Source: an uncultured Gammaproteobacteria bacterium (GTDB taxonomy: Bacteria; Patescibacteriota; Patescibacteriia; CAZSQN01). Taken from it: a stretch of DNA of 64,000 bases. The stretch spans positions 278,117-342,116 of the forward strand of contig CAZSQN010000001.1 in assembly GCA_964609095.1 (NCBI GenBank), read 5' to 3'. Positions 9,737 through 18,879 of this stretch are shown piece after piece (the stretch's first letter is position 1; each line of letters starts with the position of its first letter). The notes under the pieces are model-generated. The model did not search any database. It was not told the DNA's origin and was given only the letters and a program-made list of their open reading frames with translations. The position numbers were made by a program, and so were the translations under genes.

Positions 9737-11026
9737 GTGGCGGCGGAAAAACACATTATCAAAAATTTTAAATCGCTGGCAAAAAGCGCTTTGCGCCGCG
9801 ACGCTCTGTCCATACTTGAGGCCGGAATTAGGGCGGCCAACCCGAGAAATGGAATTGCCCGCTTGGTAAAGAAGCGCGGCGATTTTATCTTTTTTGGAAA
9901 TAAAAAAATAAATCGGAAAAATTACGACCATATTTACGTGATAGGCATTGGCAAGGCCTCGGCAGCGGCCGCTTCTGAACTTGAACGATTGCTTGGCGAA
10001 GATATCGCCGGAGGCGTTGTCTTGGACGTTAAAAAGGTAAAATTGCGGCGCGTCAAAAGTATAGCCGGCACGCATCCTCTGCCGTCGCTTGTAAATATGA
10101 GAGCGACCGGCGAGATTATGGCTTTGCTTAAAAATATAGATTCGCGCGATTTGGTTATAGCCATAATTTCCGGAGGCGGCTCCGCGCTCCTATGCTGGCC
10201 TTATGACATAAAATGCAATGAGCTCTCGGCCATAAGCAAAGTATTAATGAAGAAAGGCGCGACAATCCGCGAGATAAACACCGTCAGGAAGCACCTTTCG
10301 GAAATTCAGGGAGGACAGTTTGCGCGCCTTGCGTATCCGGCAACGGTTGTAGGCCTTATTTTTTCTGACATTCCCGGAAACGATCTGGGCCTTGTCGCTT
10401 CCGGACCCACGGTAAGAGACGCCACGACCGTCACGGATGCCGCACATGTGTTGGCAAAGTATAATGTTCTAAAATCTTGTTCCATAAAAGGATGCGACCT
10501 TAAAGAAACGCCCAAGGACCCTCTTTATTTCAAGAAGGTGACAAATATGCTCGCGGGCAGCAATCTGGATTCGGTCAAAGCCATGGCGGAAGAAGCAAAG
10601 AAGCGCGGCTGGCGGGTGCGCGTTCTTTCCGTAAAAATGTTCGGCGAAGCCGCTAAGGCGGGCAAGATGCTTGCCGACGCGCCAAAGGAAGGCGAGGCCG
10701 TTATAGCGGCCGGGGAAACGACCGTGACGGTTAAAGGAAAAGGCAAAGGCGGGCGCAATCAGGAGCTGGCGCTTTCTTCGCTTCTTCATTTGAGAAAAGG
10801 CGGTTTGGTTATCTCTCTTGCTTCTGACGGCATAGACAATAGCGAAGCGGCCGGCGGAATTGCCGACGAATTGACGCTTAAATCGGCGGCCAAAGCGGGA
10901 ATCAATCCGAAAAGATATTTAACTGACAACGATTCAAATTCTTTTTTTAAGAAATTGCGCCAGGCGATTATAACGGGCCCCACGGGCGCCAATGTTTCCG
11001 ACATTATCGTGTCTTTGCGAAGATGA
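9737..11026 (+). CDS. Glycerate kinase (MOFRL family, GckA/TtuD-like)
   Basis: The 429-aa protein has DUF4147-like and MOFRL-like regions (IISGGGSALL, GKGGRNQELALS). The start is a GTG. Confidence 0.7.
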   Translation: MAAEKHIIKNFKSLAKSALRRDALSILEAGIRAANPRNGIARLVKKRGDFIFFGNKKINRKNYDHIYVIGIGKASAAAASELERLLGEDIAGGVVLDVKKVKLRRVKSIAGTHPLPSLVNMRATGEIMALLKNIDSRDLVIAIISGGGSALLCWPYDIKCNELSAISKVLMKKGATIREINTVRKHLSEIQGGQFARLAYPATVVGLIFSDIPGNDLGLVASGPTVRDATTVTDAAHVLAKYNVLKSCSIKGCDLKETPKDPLYFKKVTNMLAGSNLDSVKAMAEEAKKRGWRVRVLSVKMFGEAAKAGKMLADAPKEGEAVIAAGETTVTVKGKGKGGRNQELALSSLLHLRKGGLVISLASDGIDNSEAAGGIADELTLKSAAKAGINPKRYLTDNDSNSFFKKLRQAIITGPTGANVSDIIVSLRR

Positions 11027-11085
11027 GTTTGCGCCGGCATTGCGTAATGGACGTTTGGTTTTGAAAGCGGTAAGATTCCGCTCGT

Positions 11086-12204
11086 ATGTTGCGGAGATCA
11101 ATTTTTGAGTCCTTGCGCCATTTTGATTGGGCGCTTCTTTTTCCGGTGGGGATATTGGTTGCTTTTGGCCTTGCCGGCGTCGGCTCCGTCGGCCTCTCAA
11201 GAGAGTCGGCTGATTTTATTTTTTTAAAAAAGCAGATAATTTTTCTGGCTTTGGGGATTTTCGTCATGGCGTTTTTCGCGTCTCCGAGCCCGACGCGGTG
11301 GAGATTTGCCGCCAAAACAATCTACGCGATAATTTTAACCCTGCTTGTTTTAGTTTTATTTTTCGGCGCGACCGTGCGGGGAACAAGGGGATGGTTTGAT
11401 ATTTTCGGCTTCCGCCTTCAGCCGGTGGAAGCGGCCAAAGTCGCGCTGATTATTGTCTTGGCCAAATTTGTTGCCGAACATCTGCATCTCGCCAGACAAT
11501 GGCCGCTTTTAATCCGCTCCGGCGCCCTGCTTTTACCGCCTCTCGCGCTGGTTCTCCTTCAGCCGGATGTCGGCTCCGCGACGATTTTAATTGTCGTCTG
11601 GTTTTCCATTGTTTTGGCCGCGGGCGTCCGAAGGCGCCATTTATTCGCGCTCTTCGGAGGGGCCGCGGTTGTGGCGACAATAAGCTGGTTTTTTGTTCTG
11701 GCGCCGTATCAGAAAGAAAGAGTTTTGACGCTGTTAAATCCCGACCGCGATCCGCTGGGCAGCGGCTACAATGTGGCGCAATCGCTTATTGCCGTCGGTT
11801 CAGGCCGGTTTTTCGGCCGCGGCCTGGGATTTGGCGCGCAAAGCCAGCTTAAATTTCTTCCGGAGGCGCAGACCGATTTTATTTTCGCCGTGCTGTCCGA
11901 AGAGCTTGGCTTTGCCGCGGTCGCCATAATGCTTTTGGCTTTTGCCGCGTTTTTTTATCGCGCCATCAAGCTGGCGCGGCGCGCGAGCGATCCGTATGAA
12001 CAGCTTGTCGTTTTTGGCGCCGCGGCCATGATTTTTTATGAAATGTTCGTCAATATCGGCATGAACCTCGGGATTATGCCGGTTACCGGCATCACGCTTC
12101 CTTTTGTAAGCTACGGGGGGAGTTCCTTGCTTTCGCATTTCGCGATTTTGGGGCTGATATTAGGCATAGCCAGCCGTTCGGCCAAATCAGCGGAGATTGA
12201 TTAG
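11086..12204 (+). CDS. ftsW: SEDS-family peptidoglycan glycosyltransferase (FtsW/RodA)
   Basis: It has about 10 TM segments and conserved SEDS motifs (QPDVGSA, NPDRDPLGSGYNV.QS.IA.GSG...GRGLG, PEAQTDFIF, PFVSYGGSS). Confidence 0.85.
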   Translation: MLRRSIFESLRHFDWALLFPVGILVAFGLAGVGSVGLSRESADFIFLKKQIIFLALGIFVMAFFASPSPTRWRFAAKTIYAIILTLLVLVLFFGATVRGTRGWFDIFGFRLQPVEAAKVALIIVLAKFVAEHLHLARQWPLLIRSGALLLPPLALVLLQPDVGSATILIVVWFSIVLAAGVRRRHLFALFGGAAVVATISWFFVLAPYQKERVLTLLNPDRDPLGSGYNVAQSLIAVGSGRFFGRGLGFGAQSQLKFLPEAQTDFIFAVLSEELGFAAVAIMLLAFAAFFYRAIKLARRASDPYEQLVVFGAAAMIFYEMFVNIGMNLGIMPVTGITLPFVSYGGSSLLSHFAILGLILGIASRSAKSAEID

Positions 12205-12353
12205 ATTAGCTTGGCTTTTATTCTGCAGCAGTTGTTTATTTATGTTATAATAACCTTGTAAAATACTAAATAATAAAAACTATTGACTATGCGCGTCAAT
12301 TTTGTTAACCTCCATCCGGAGGAATTGCTCTTTAAAAAAGAAAGGAGCGGAAT

Positions 12354-12869
12354 ATGAGAAAGAGGTTATTCATCGCCTTAAGCGCGGTCGTATTGCTAAT
12401 TGCCGCAGCCGTTGGCGGCATTTACTGGAGCAAGAGAAATACATTTGCCGTTCCGGACGGTTGGAAGGAGTATAGGAATGAAAGATTGGGTATTTCTTTC
12501 GTTTATCCCGGTAACTGGGATACGTTGGATGTGGCTCAATATAATGAAATTTGGATAAATAATGGAGATATACCTGAACCGCCCCCACCAGATATGCTTT
12601 TTCTGCCAATGGTTGTTGCTGTAACAAAGGAATCTTCACAAAAGACGTTTGAAAGATTGTCTCAACAGGCAAATTCATCTTTTGTGGAAATTGCCGGTCG
12701 CCAGATTTCCAGATTGTCTTTTGTGTCAGGCCCAGATAAAGAAGCGCGCATCCTGTATATAATGTCTCGTTCTAATGATTATTTGCATATCGGGATTCCC
12801 GTAAATCGCGAAAATACTCCGGAAATACAACAAATTTTGGAAAGCTTAGTGCAAAGGAGTAGCAGATGA
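12354..12869 (+). CDS. Hypothetical secreted/membrane-anchored protein
   Basis: It has an SD (aaaggagcggaatATG) and an N-terminal TM/signal sequence. The stop overlaps the next gene. Confidence 0.5.
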   Translation: MRKRLFIALSAVVLLIAAAVGGIYWSKRNTFAVPDGWKEYRNERLGISFVYPGNWDTLDVAQYNEIWINNGDIPEPPPPDMLFLPMVVAVTKESSQKTFERLSQQANSSFVEIAGRQISRLSFVSGPDKEARILYIMSRSNDYLHIGIPVNRENTPEIQQILESLVQRSSR

Positions 12870-14863
12870 AAAAAAGTGCAGTTTGTTTTGGGCTTTTAGC
12901 TTTTTATCCGTCAACTGTTGAAGCGCAAGGTTTTTTGTACCTTCCATTAGAAGAGAACAATCCTGTAATTACTTGTGATTTTTGTTGTTATACGAATCCA
13001 GAAACTGGCGAGTGCCATGGCGCGATTGATTATGACACAACAGATGATTCAACATTCGTATTTGCTGCGGCTAATGGCGTTGTCATTGATAGGGTAGCAA
13101 ATGAAGAAAGACGATGTCCACAAGCGTCTTACGGCAATTATATAGTTATCCAGCACCCCAACGGCTACACAACCCGCTACGCCCACCTATACAAAAACAC
13201 CGTTCAGGTAAATGTGGGGCAAATAGTGTCAGCCGGCGCTCTACTGGCCACGGCTGATAATACTGGATGCACCAGCGGCTCCCATCTTCACTTTGAAGTC
13301 CGCGATCCTTTGGGAAACAGAGTTGACCCATACGGACAAAATCCAAATTATCCCAATTGCGGAGAAGGCGCTCTTTGGGCGACTTGTCCGCCAACGCCTT
13401 ATAACAATGATGACAATGACGGTGACGGATACGATGAAGCTCAGGGCGATTGCGATGATAACAACGCGTCTATAAATCCCGGCGCAAACGAGGTCTGCAA
13501 TTACATTGATGATAATTGTAACGGTCAAACCGACGAAGGTTTCCCCGACCTCTATGGCTCGTGTACTGCCGGAGAAGGAGAATGCGCCAATACCGGCGTT
13601 TTTGTTTGTGCCAATGATTTCACAGATACGGCCTGTTCCACGGCTCCAGGACTGCCACGCACCGAGATATGCGATGGCTTGGACAATAATTGCAACGGTC
13701 AAGTTGATGAGGGGTTTGGTCCCGAAATCTGTGGGAATGGTTTAGATGACGATTGCGACGGAGAAACAGACGAAGTCACAACTTCGCCAAATCGATTAAC
13801 TAACGCTCCAAGCTGGTCAGAGTGGCCATCAATTGCCGCTAATCCTAATGGTTTTGGTCTTTTATGGCTTGATTGGAGAGACGGTTCCGCTGAAGTTTAT
13901 TTTATCCTTTTGGATCAATCGGGCATACCTGTTATTAACGAAACACAAATCTCTTCATCCCCATACGACCTCGTATTCCCGTTGATTAGTTGGAACGGAA
14001 CAGAGTTTGGCGCTTTTTGGAGAGGAAAAAGGGACGGACGACACAATACAGAACTCGCTTATACGCGGATAAGCGCGACCGGCGCCGAAATCGGTTCTGA
14101 AATGTTTTTAACCAATGCCGCAGAATGTTCTGACATGTTGAGCGTTGATTGGGATGGAAACGGATATGACTTGGTCTGGCTTGACTGCCGGAGCGGTGAG
14201 CCGGAAATATTTTTCGCGCGCATAAACGAAGACGGTTCAAAACTTCTGGATGACCGCGCTCTTATTAGCACGACGAATATCAGAAATCCGGACATTGCCT
14301 GGAACGGCGAAAATTTCGGCATTGCTTATGAATGCCATCCGGGAGAAGATCAGGAAATCTGTTTTATTTCCGTTAATGAGAATGGAGAAATTATTTTTGG
14401 CCCGTATCGGCTAACCAATGCGGTTAGGGAATCGGCATATCCGCAGATTGCCTGGACTGGCGGTCATTATGCCATTGTCTGGCATGACGGACGTCAGTCG
14501 CTGAACAATTATGATATATACGCGATTCTGCTAAATCCCGACGGATCAATAGCGGTGCCAGAGACACGGGTTTTCGACAGCCCCGTGCATTCATCTTATC
14601 CCTCAATCGCATGGTCAGAAGAACTTGGACTTTTGGGCATCGTTTGGCAAGAGGGAACTTCTAATAGCGATGAGGAGTTGTTTTTCCGCACCATTGACGA
14701 GTCGGGAACATTGGGTCCGGCGCGCCAGCTTACAGAAAATGATGCCTACGATCGCTATGCCGATATTGTCTGGGATGGCAGCGCCTTTCGTTTGGTCTGG
14801 TCGGAAGATGTGGGAGGACTGAATCTTGAACTGTTTACATCTTTGATTGCTTGCGAGGATTAG
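12866..14863 (+). CDS. Secreted multidomain protein: M23 metallopeptidase domain, then Cys-rich metal-binding repeats, then a 7-bladed beta-propeller-like repeat domain
   Basis: It has a signal peptide and the M23 motifs HGAID (HxxxD) and SHLHFE (HxH). The repeats CDDxDx3NPGAxExC-x5-CNGQTDEG recur four times. Seven further repeats have the pattern P-x-IAW-x-G-x-x-(F/Y)-G-(I/L)-x-W. Confidence 0.75.
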   Translation: MKKSAVCFGLLAFYPSTVEAQGFLYLPLEENNPVITCDFCCYTNPETGECHGAIDYDTTDDSTFVFAAANGVVIDRVANEERRCPQASYGNYIVIQHPNGYTTRYAHLYKNTVQVNVGQIVSAGALLATADNTGCTSGSHLHFEVRDPLGNRVDPYGQNPNYPNCGEGALWATCPPTPYNNDDNDGDGYDEAQGDCDDNNASINPGANEVCNYIDDNCNGQTDEGFPDLYGSCTAGEGECANTGVFVCANDFTDTACSTAPGLPRTEICDGLDNNCNGQVDEGFGPEICGNGLDDDCDGETDEVTTSPNRLTNAPSWSEWPSIAANPNGFGLLWLDWRDGSAEVYFILLDQSGIPVINETQISSSPYDLVFPLISWNGTEFGAFWRGKRDGRHNTELAYTRISATGAEIGSEMFLTNAAECSDMLSVDWDGNGYDLVWLDCRSGEPEIFFARINEDGSKLLDDRALISTTNIRNPDIAWNGENFGIAYECHPGEDQEICFISVNENGEIIFGPYRLTNAVRESAYPQIAWTGGHYAIVWHDGRQSLNNYDIYAILLNPDGSIAVPETRVFDSPVHSSYPSIAWSEELGLLGIVWQEGTSNSDEELFFRTIDESGTLGPARQLTENDAYDRYADIVWDGSAFRLVWSEDVGGLNLELFTSLIACED

Positions 14864-14883
14864 CCCTTACTGAGACAAGGTTT

Positions 14884-14916
14884 CCCCGATGATTTTTATC
14901 GGGGATTTTTTATTTT
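14884..14916 (+). terminator. Rho-independent terminator
   Basis: The sequence is ccccgatgatttttatcggggattttttatttt. Confidence 0.75.
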
Positions 14917-15040
14917 GTTGAAAGCCGCACGGCGGAATTGACTTTATAATGAAGTTTTGGTATGGTTTAATTAACTTTTCTTTAATGAAAAAAAGATGCG
15001 TAAAAAGCCATTAAACGGTTTAGGGAGGCGCGGCCTTCCC

Positions 15041-15352
15041 ATGGGCTCGGAACTTCTTGCCAACTGTCCGCTTTGCAACGCCAAATACAAACCAAGGGAA
15101 GCGCGGATTTTAGACGAAGAGATGGGCAAGCACCTTTTGCACTTGGAGTGCCGGGAATGCGGCAATGCGGTGCTGGCTCTTTTTCGCGTCAACGCGGAAG
15201 GATTGTGTTCGGTGGGCATGGTGACCGACCTTACGGCCGAAGACGCGCTTCGCTTTAAGGACGCGCCGGGCATCTCCGCCGACGATGTTATCGGGCTGCA
15301 CGAATTATTAAAAGAAGATAAATTTTTTATAGAAAGAATCAAAAACAGATAA
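15041..15352 (+). CDS. Small zinc-ribbon protein (CPLC...CREC), hypothetical
   Basis: The SD gggagg precedes the ATG at 15041, giving MGSELLANCPLCNAKYKPREARILDEEMGKHLLHLECRECGNAV... Confidence 0.5.
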   Translation: MGSELLANCPLCNAKYKPREARILDEEMGKHLLHLECRECGNAVLALFRVNAEGLCSVGMVTDLTAEDALRFKDAPGISADDVIGLHELLKEDKFFIERIKNR

Positions 15353-15358
15353 TATTTT

Positions 15359-16042
15359 ATGGAGACATTGTCATTGCAATTAAAAGAAAGAAAGTGCTCA
15401 GGCAAAGCGTGCAAGCGCCTTCGCAAAGAAGGGCTTATTCCGGCTGTTCTCTACGGACACGGCGTGCCGTCGCGCTCTGTTTCGGTTGAATACAATCCGT
15501 TTGTCAAAGTATATAAGAGTTCCGGAGAATCATCGCTTATTGATTTGTTTATAGACGGAAAAGAATCAGTCAAAGCGCTGGTTGCCGACACGGCCATTGA
15601 TCCGATGACCGATCGCCTGATTCATATTGATTTCAGGCAGGTGCTGATGACGGAGAAGATTAAGACCAAAATACAGGTGGCGCTTAAAGGAGAATCGCGC
15701 GCGGTTAAAGAGCTCGGCGGCATTTTGGTTAAGAGCTTGCCCGAAATAGAAGTTGAATGTCTGCCGCAATACCTGGTTCATGAAATCAGCGTGGATATTT
15801 CGCCGCTCAAAGAATTTGGCGAAACCATCAGGGTGGAGGACATACTCGTTCCGGAAGGCATGAAATTTTTGGAAAATCCGCGCGAAGTTATCGCCTCTGT
15901 GGCTCCGCCGCGAAGCGAAGAGGAGCTAAAGTCGCTGGAAGAGAAGGTTGAAGAAAAGGTGGAAGCGGTTGAGGTCGTCAAAGCGAAGAAGGAAGCCGAA
16001 GAAGGCGAAGAGGGCGCCAAAGAGGAGGAAGCGAAAAAATAA
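15359..16042 (+). CDS. rplY: 50S ribosomal protein L25/general stress protein Ctc
   Basis: It has the bL25 fold sequence (RKEGLIPAVLYGHG...) and an acidic/Lys-rich C-terminal tail. Confidence 0.85.
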   Translation: METLSLQLKERKCSGKACKRLRKEGLIPAVLYGHGVPSRSVSVEYNPFVKVYKSSGESSLIDLFIDGKESVKALVADTAIDPMTDRLIHIDFRQVLMTEKIKTKIQVALKGESRAVKELGGILVKSLPEIEVECLPQYLVHEISVDISPLKEFGETIRVEDILVPEGMKFLENPREVIASVAPPRSEEELKSLEEKVEEKVEAVEVVKAKKEAEEGEEGAKEEEAKK

Positions 16043-16044
16043 TA

Positions 16045-17163
16045 ATGTTCGGCCGCCGCCATCAATTTAGAGAAAAAATTAAATTCGCGCGCCGCCCGCT
16101 ACGCGAGGGCAGAGAAGGCGCGCGAATTTCTTTTCCGGTTGTTGTTTTTATCGCCTCGCTGATTATTTCTCCTTTGATTTTTTTTACCGCCGTGGCCGGC
16201 GAAAGGTTCGCTTCAAAAATGGCCTCTGTTTTTTCGTCGCTTAAAACAAAGACGGAGAATGGCGCGGATAAGCCGGAGGCGCCTCCGTGCCTATACCGCC
16301 ATCCGCTTGATAATTCCTGCCTTGAGGAAAGGTGGGGCAATAAAAAAATTATTGCCGTTTCCATAGACAATCATATCGAATCCCGACCACCCTCGGGGCT
16401 TTCGTCCAGCCGGCTGGTGATTGAAGCTCCCGTGGAAGGAGGCATTACGAGGTTTCTTGCTTTTTTCGGCGAGGGCGATGAAGCGCCGGAGGTCGGGCCG
16501 GTTCGTTCCGCCAGGCCATATTTTATTGACTGGGCCGAAGAATATCAGGCAACGCTCGCGCATATAGGCGGCTCTCCCGAAGCGCTGGAGAGGATAAAAA
16601 AAGAAAATATCAAAACAATTGACGGCATAACTTTCGGCTCGCCGTTTCGGCGCGTTCCCTCGCGGGAAGCGCCGCATTCAACTTATTCTTCCGCGCAAAA
16701 ATTGTTTGAAGCGGCTTCGCGCGGAAGCGAGCCGGCTAATCCGCCGGTTCTCTCCGAGGCGCCGGATTCAAATTCGGGGGCAAAACGGATGCGCATTGCC
16801 GCGGCCTCATCCGCCTATGAGATTGAATGGAAATATCTAAATGATGAAGAGCGTTATGTCCGGTTTCAGGGAGGCGTGAAGACGGTTGACAAAGACGGTT
16901 CGGAAATTGCGGCCAAAAATGTTTTAGCGCTGAGAATGCCGATTGAAGTGATTGATGACGAGGGCAGAAGAAAAATCGGAACAATCGGAGAAGGCGAGGC
17001 CGCGATTTTTACGGGCGGGAAAATTGTTTTTGGCAAATGGATTAGAAAATCAATCGGAGACCGCACGAGCTTTGTTGACGGCGGCGGAAAGGAAATATCT
17101 TTGGCGCCGGGGACCACCTGGATTGAAATAATTTCTAAAGGGGCGGTAATGGAGTATAATTAA
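16045..17163 (+). CDS. DUF3048-family (YerB-like) protein
   Basis: It has an N-terminal TM segment and the DUF3048 signature (AVSIDNH..SRPPSGL...IEAPVEGGITRF.AFF......GPVRSARPYFIDWA). Confidence 0.6.
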   Translation: MFGRRHQFREKIKFARRPLREGREGARISFPVVVFIASLIISPLIFFTAVAGERFASKMASVFSSLKTKTENGADKPEAPPCLYRHPLDNSCLEERWGNKKIIAVSIDNHIESRPPSGLSSSRLVIEAPVEGGITRFLAFFGEGDEAPEVGPVRSARPYFIDWAEEYQATLAHIGGSPEALERIKKENIKTIDGITFGSPFRRVPSREAPHSTYSSAQKLFEAASRGSEPANPPVLSEAPDSNSGAKRMRIAAASSAYEIEWKYLNDEERYVRFQGGVKTVDKDGSEIAAKNVLALRMPIEVIDDEGRRKIGTIGEGEAAIFTGGKIVFGKWIRKSIGDRTSFVDGGGKEISLAPGTTWIEIISKGAVMEYN

Positions 17164-17168
17164 AAAAT

Positions 17169-17579
17169 ATGCACAGGTCTCAAAAAGGTTTTACCCTGAT
17201 AGAACTTTTGGTGGTCATCGGCATTATCGGACTGCTGGCATCGGCGGCGACTTATTCCATTGGTTATATACGGAGCCGCCTGCGAGACACTACTCGTGTT
17301 GCCAACGTGCGGGAGCTGCAAAAAGCTTTGTCGCTTTATCAAAACGCCAGGGCGCAATATCCCATCACTTCCGGCGAATGCGTTACCGGAAGCGATGTTA
17401 TGTCTTTGGCTTTGATTGCGGAAAAATTGGTTACGCGGCCGCCAAAAGACCCGCTTTACGTTACGGAACCGAACTGTTTTTATTACAAATCTGATGACGG
17501 CGGCGCTTATAGCTTGCGTTACACTCTTGAAATCAATTCCCAAGTCGGCGAGGCCGGAGAGCATACGGTGGCGCCGTAA
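17169..17579 (+). CDS. Type IV pilin-like (pseudopilin) protein
   Basis: It has the prepilin N-terminal cleavage/methylation motif QKGFTLIELLVVIGIIGLLA. Confidence 0.85.
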   Translation: MHRSQKGFTLIELLVVIGIIGLLASAATYSIGYIRSRLRDTTRVANVRELQKALSLYQNARAQYPITSGECVTGSDVMSLALIAEKLVTRPPKDPLYVTEPNCFYYKSDDGGAYSLRYTLEINSQVGEAGEHTVAP

Positions 17580-17594
17580 GGCCGACGGAAGAAT

Positions 17595-17798
17595 ATGCGG
17601 ATAAAAGAAGAATGGATTTATTTTTTGATTGACCGCGGATTTTCAGCAGCCGGCGCGAGAGCCGCGCTAGAAGGTTTGCGGGAAGCAAAACAGGATTTTA
17701 AAGACGAAGAATTTGAAAAGTGGCTAAAGACATTAAAGACGGAGGATGTGCCAAAGATATTAGCTGATTATTATTTTGGCCGCGATTCTAAAAAATAA
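17595..17798 (+). CDS. Small hypothetical protein (67 aa)
   Basis: A complete ORF between the pilin and GGDEF genes. No confident family assignment. Confidence 0.35.
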   Translation: MRIKEEWIYFLIDRGFSAAGARAALEGLREAKQDFKDEEFEKWLKTLKTEDVPKILADYYFGRDSKK

Positions 17799-18879
17799 AA
17801 TTGATATGAAATCAAAAAAGAGAGAACTCGACGGGAGGGAAGCAATGGAAACGGAAAAACCGGAAAGCGCGCTGGAAGAAAGATTGCGCGCTCTTCTTGT
17901 TGCGTTTGAAGCGGAAAAATCCCGGACGACCGCGCTTAGCGCGGAAAATGACGGATTAAAGCAGGAAAATTGGGAGCTTAAAATTGATCCGCGTACGGGG
18001 CTTGAACGCGAAAGGCGGTATTACGAGTCGTTAAATAAAAAAATTGAGGAAATAATAAGCGATCCGGAACTGGCAGATACGTTGGAGCAGGATTCTTTAG
18101 ACGCGCGGGATTTGGAAAAGCTTGGCGCGGTGGCGCTTTCCGTGACCGCGGCCGATCTTGGGTATCTTTCCAAATACAATGAAGATCCGGAGATCGCGGA
18201 GCATTACGGGGAGCATGGCGGCGGCGATAAGATTTTACAGGAAACGGGACGGATTATTCAGAGTTCTGATCCGAAAAAGCGCGCCATTAAACCGGAATTG
18301 GACCCGCAAACGAGCGGCTACAGAGTCGGCGGAGACGAATTTGCCATGATTCACGAGCTTGCAAAAGACAAGGCAAAAGAGGTGGCGCGCGAATTTACGC
18401 TCAAGCAGGCAGGGATAGAAATTAAAGGCGCGGACCTGTCTCCGGCAATAAATTGCGGCACCGCCGGCTTTCGGGACGGTGTTGAGGCGTTTGTCGCGGC
18501 TTTCTCCAAAGAGGAAAGGCAAGAATTAACCGCTGAAGAAAAAGCAAAAAAAATTCAGCATTTGCTTACAAGCATCGCTGACCGGCGGTCTAAAGTGGCC
18601 AAGGGCATGGAACGGCTTGCCGCGATGACCATGCTGCTAGCCAAAGAGCCGGAAAAATTCAGGCGCAACCACAAATGGATGCAAAAAGGGGCTTTTGGCA
18701 TGGTTGAAGGGGATTTTGTCGGACTGATAAAACTGGTTGGCGCGCCCGAGAAGATGGAGAAAGCCGTCCGCGATTTAGTTAAAGAAAAACTTGAGGTTCA
18801 AAACAGGCGCGAGGATGACCAAAGATTAAAAGAGCGGGCGATTATTGTTGAAATTTCAGACCGCGAATTTTTGTCTTAG
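17776..18879 (+). CDS. GGDEF-domain protein (putative diguanylate cyclase) with N-terminal coiled coil
   Basis: It has the GGDEF domain hallmarks DPRTGLERERRYY, DL..L.KYND..GH..GD.IL and an exact RVGGDEFAMI motif. The start codon is uncertain; an alternative ATG lies at 17806. Confidence 0.7.
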   Translation: MAAILKNKIDMKSKKRELDGREAMETEKPESALEERLRALLVAFEAEKSRTTALSAENDGLKQENWELKIDPRTGLERERRYYESLNKKIEEIISDPELADTLEQDSLDARDLEKLGAVALSVTAADLGYLSKYNEDPEIAEHYGEHGGGDKILQETGRIIQSSDPKKRAIKPELDPQTSGYRVGGDEFAMIHELAKDKAKEVAREFTLKQAGIEIKGADLSPAINCGTAGFRDGVEAFVAAFSKEERQELTAEEKAKKIQHLLTSIADRRSKVAKGMERLAAMTMLLAKEPEKFRRNHKWMQKGAFGMVEGDFVGLIKLVGAPEKMEKAVRDLVKEKLEVQNRREDDQRLKERAIIVEISDREFLS

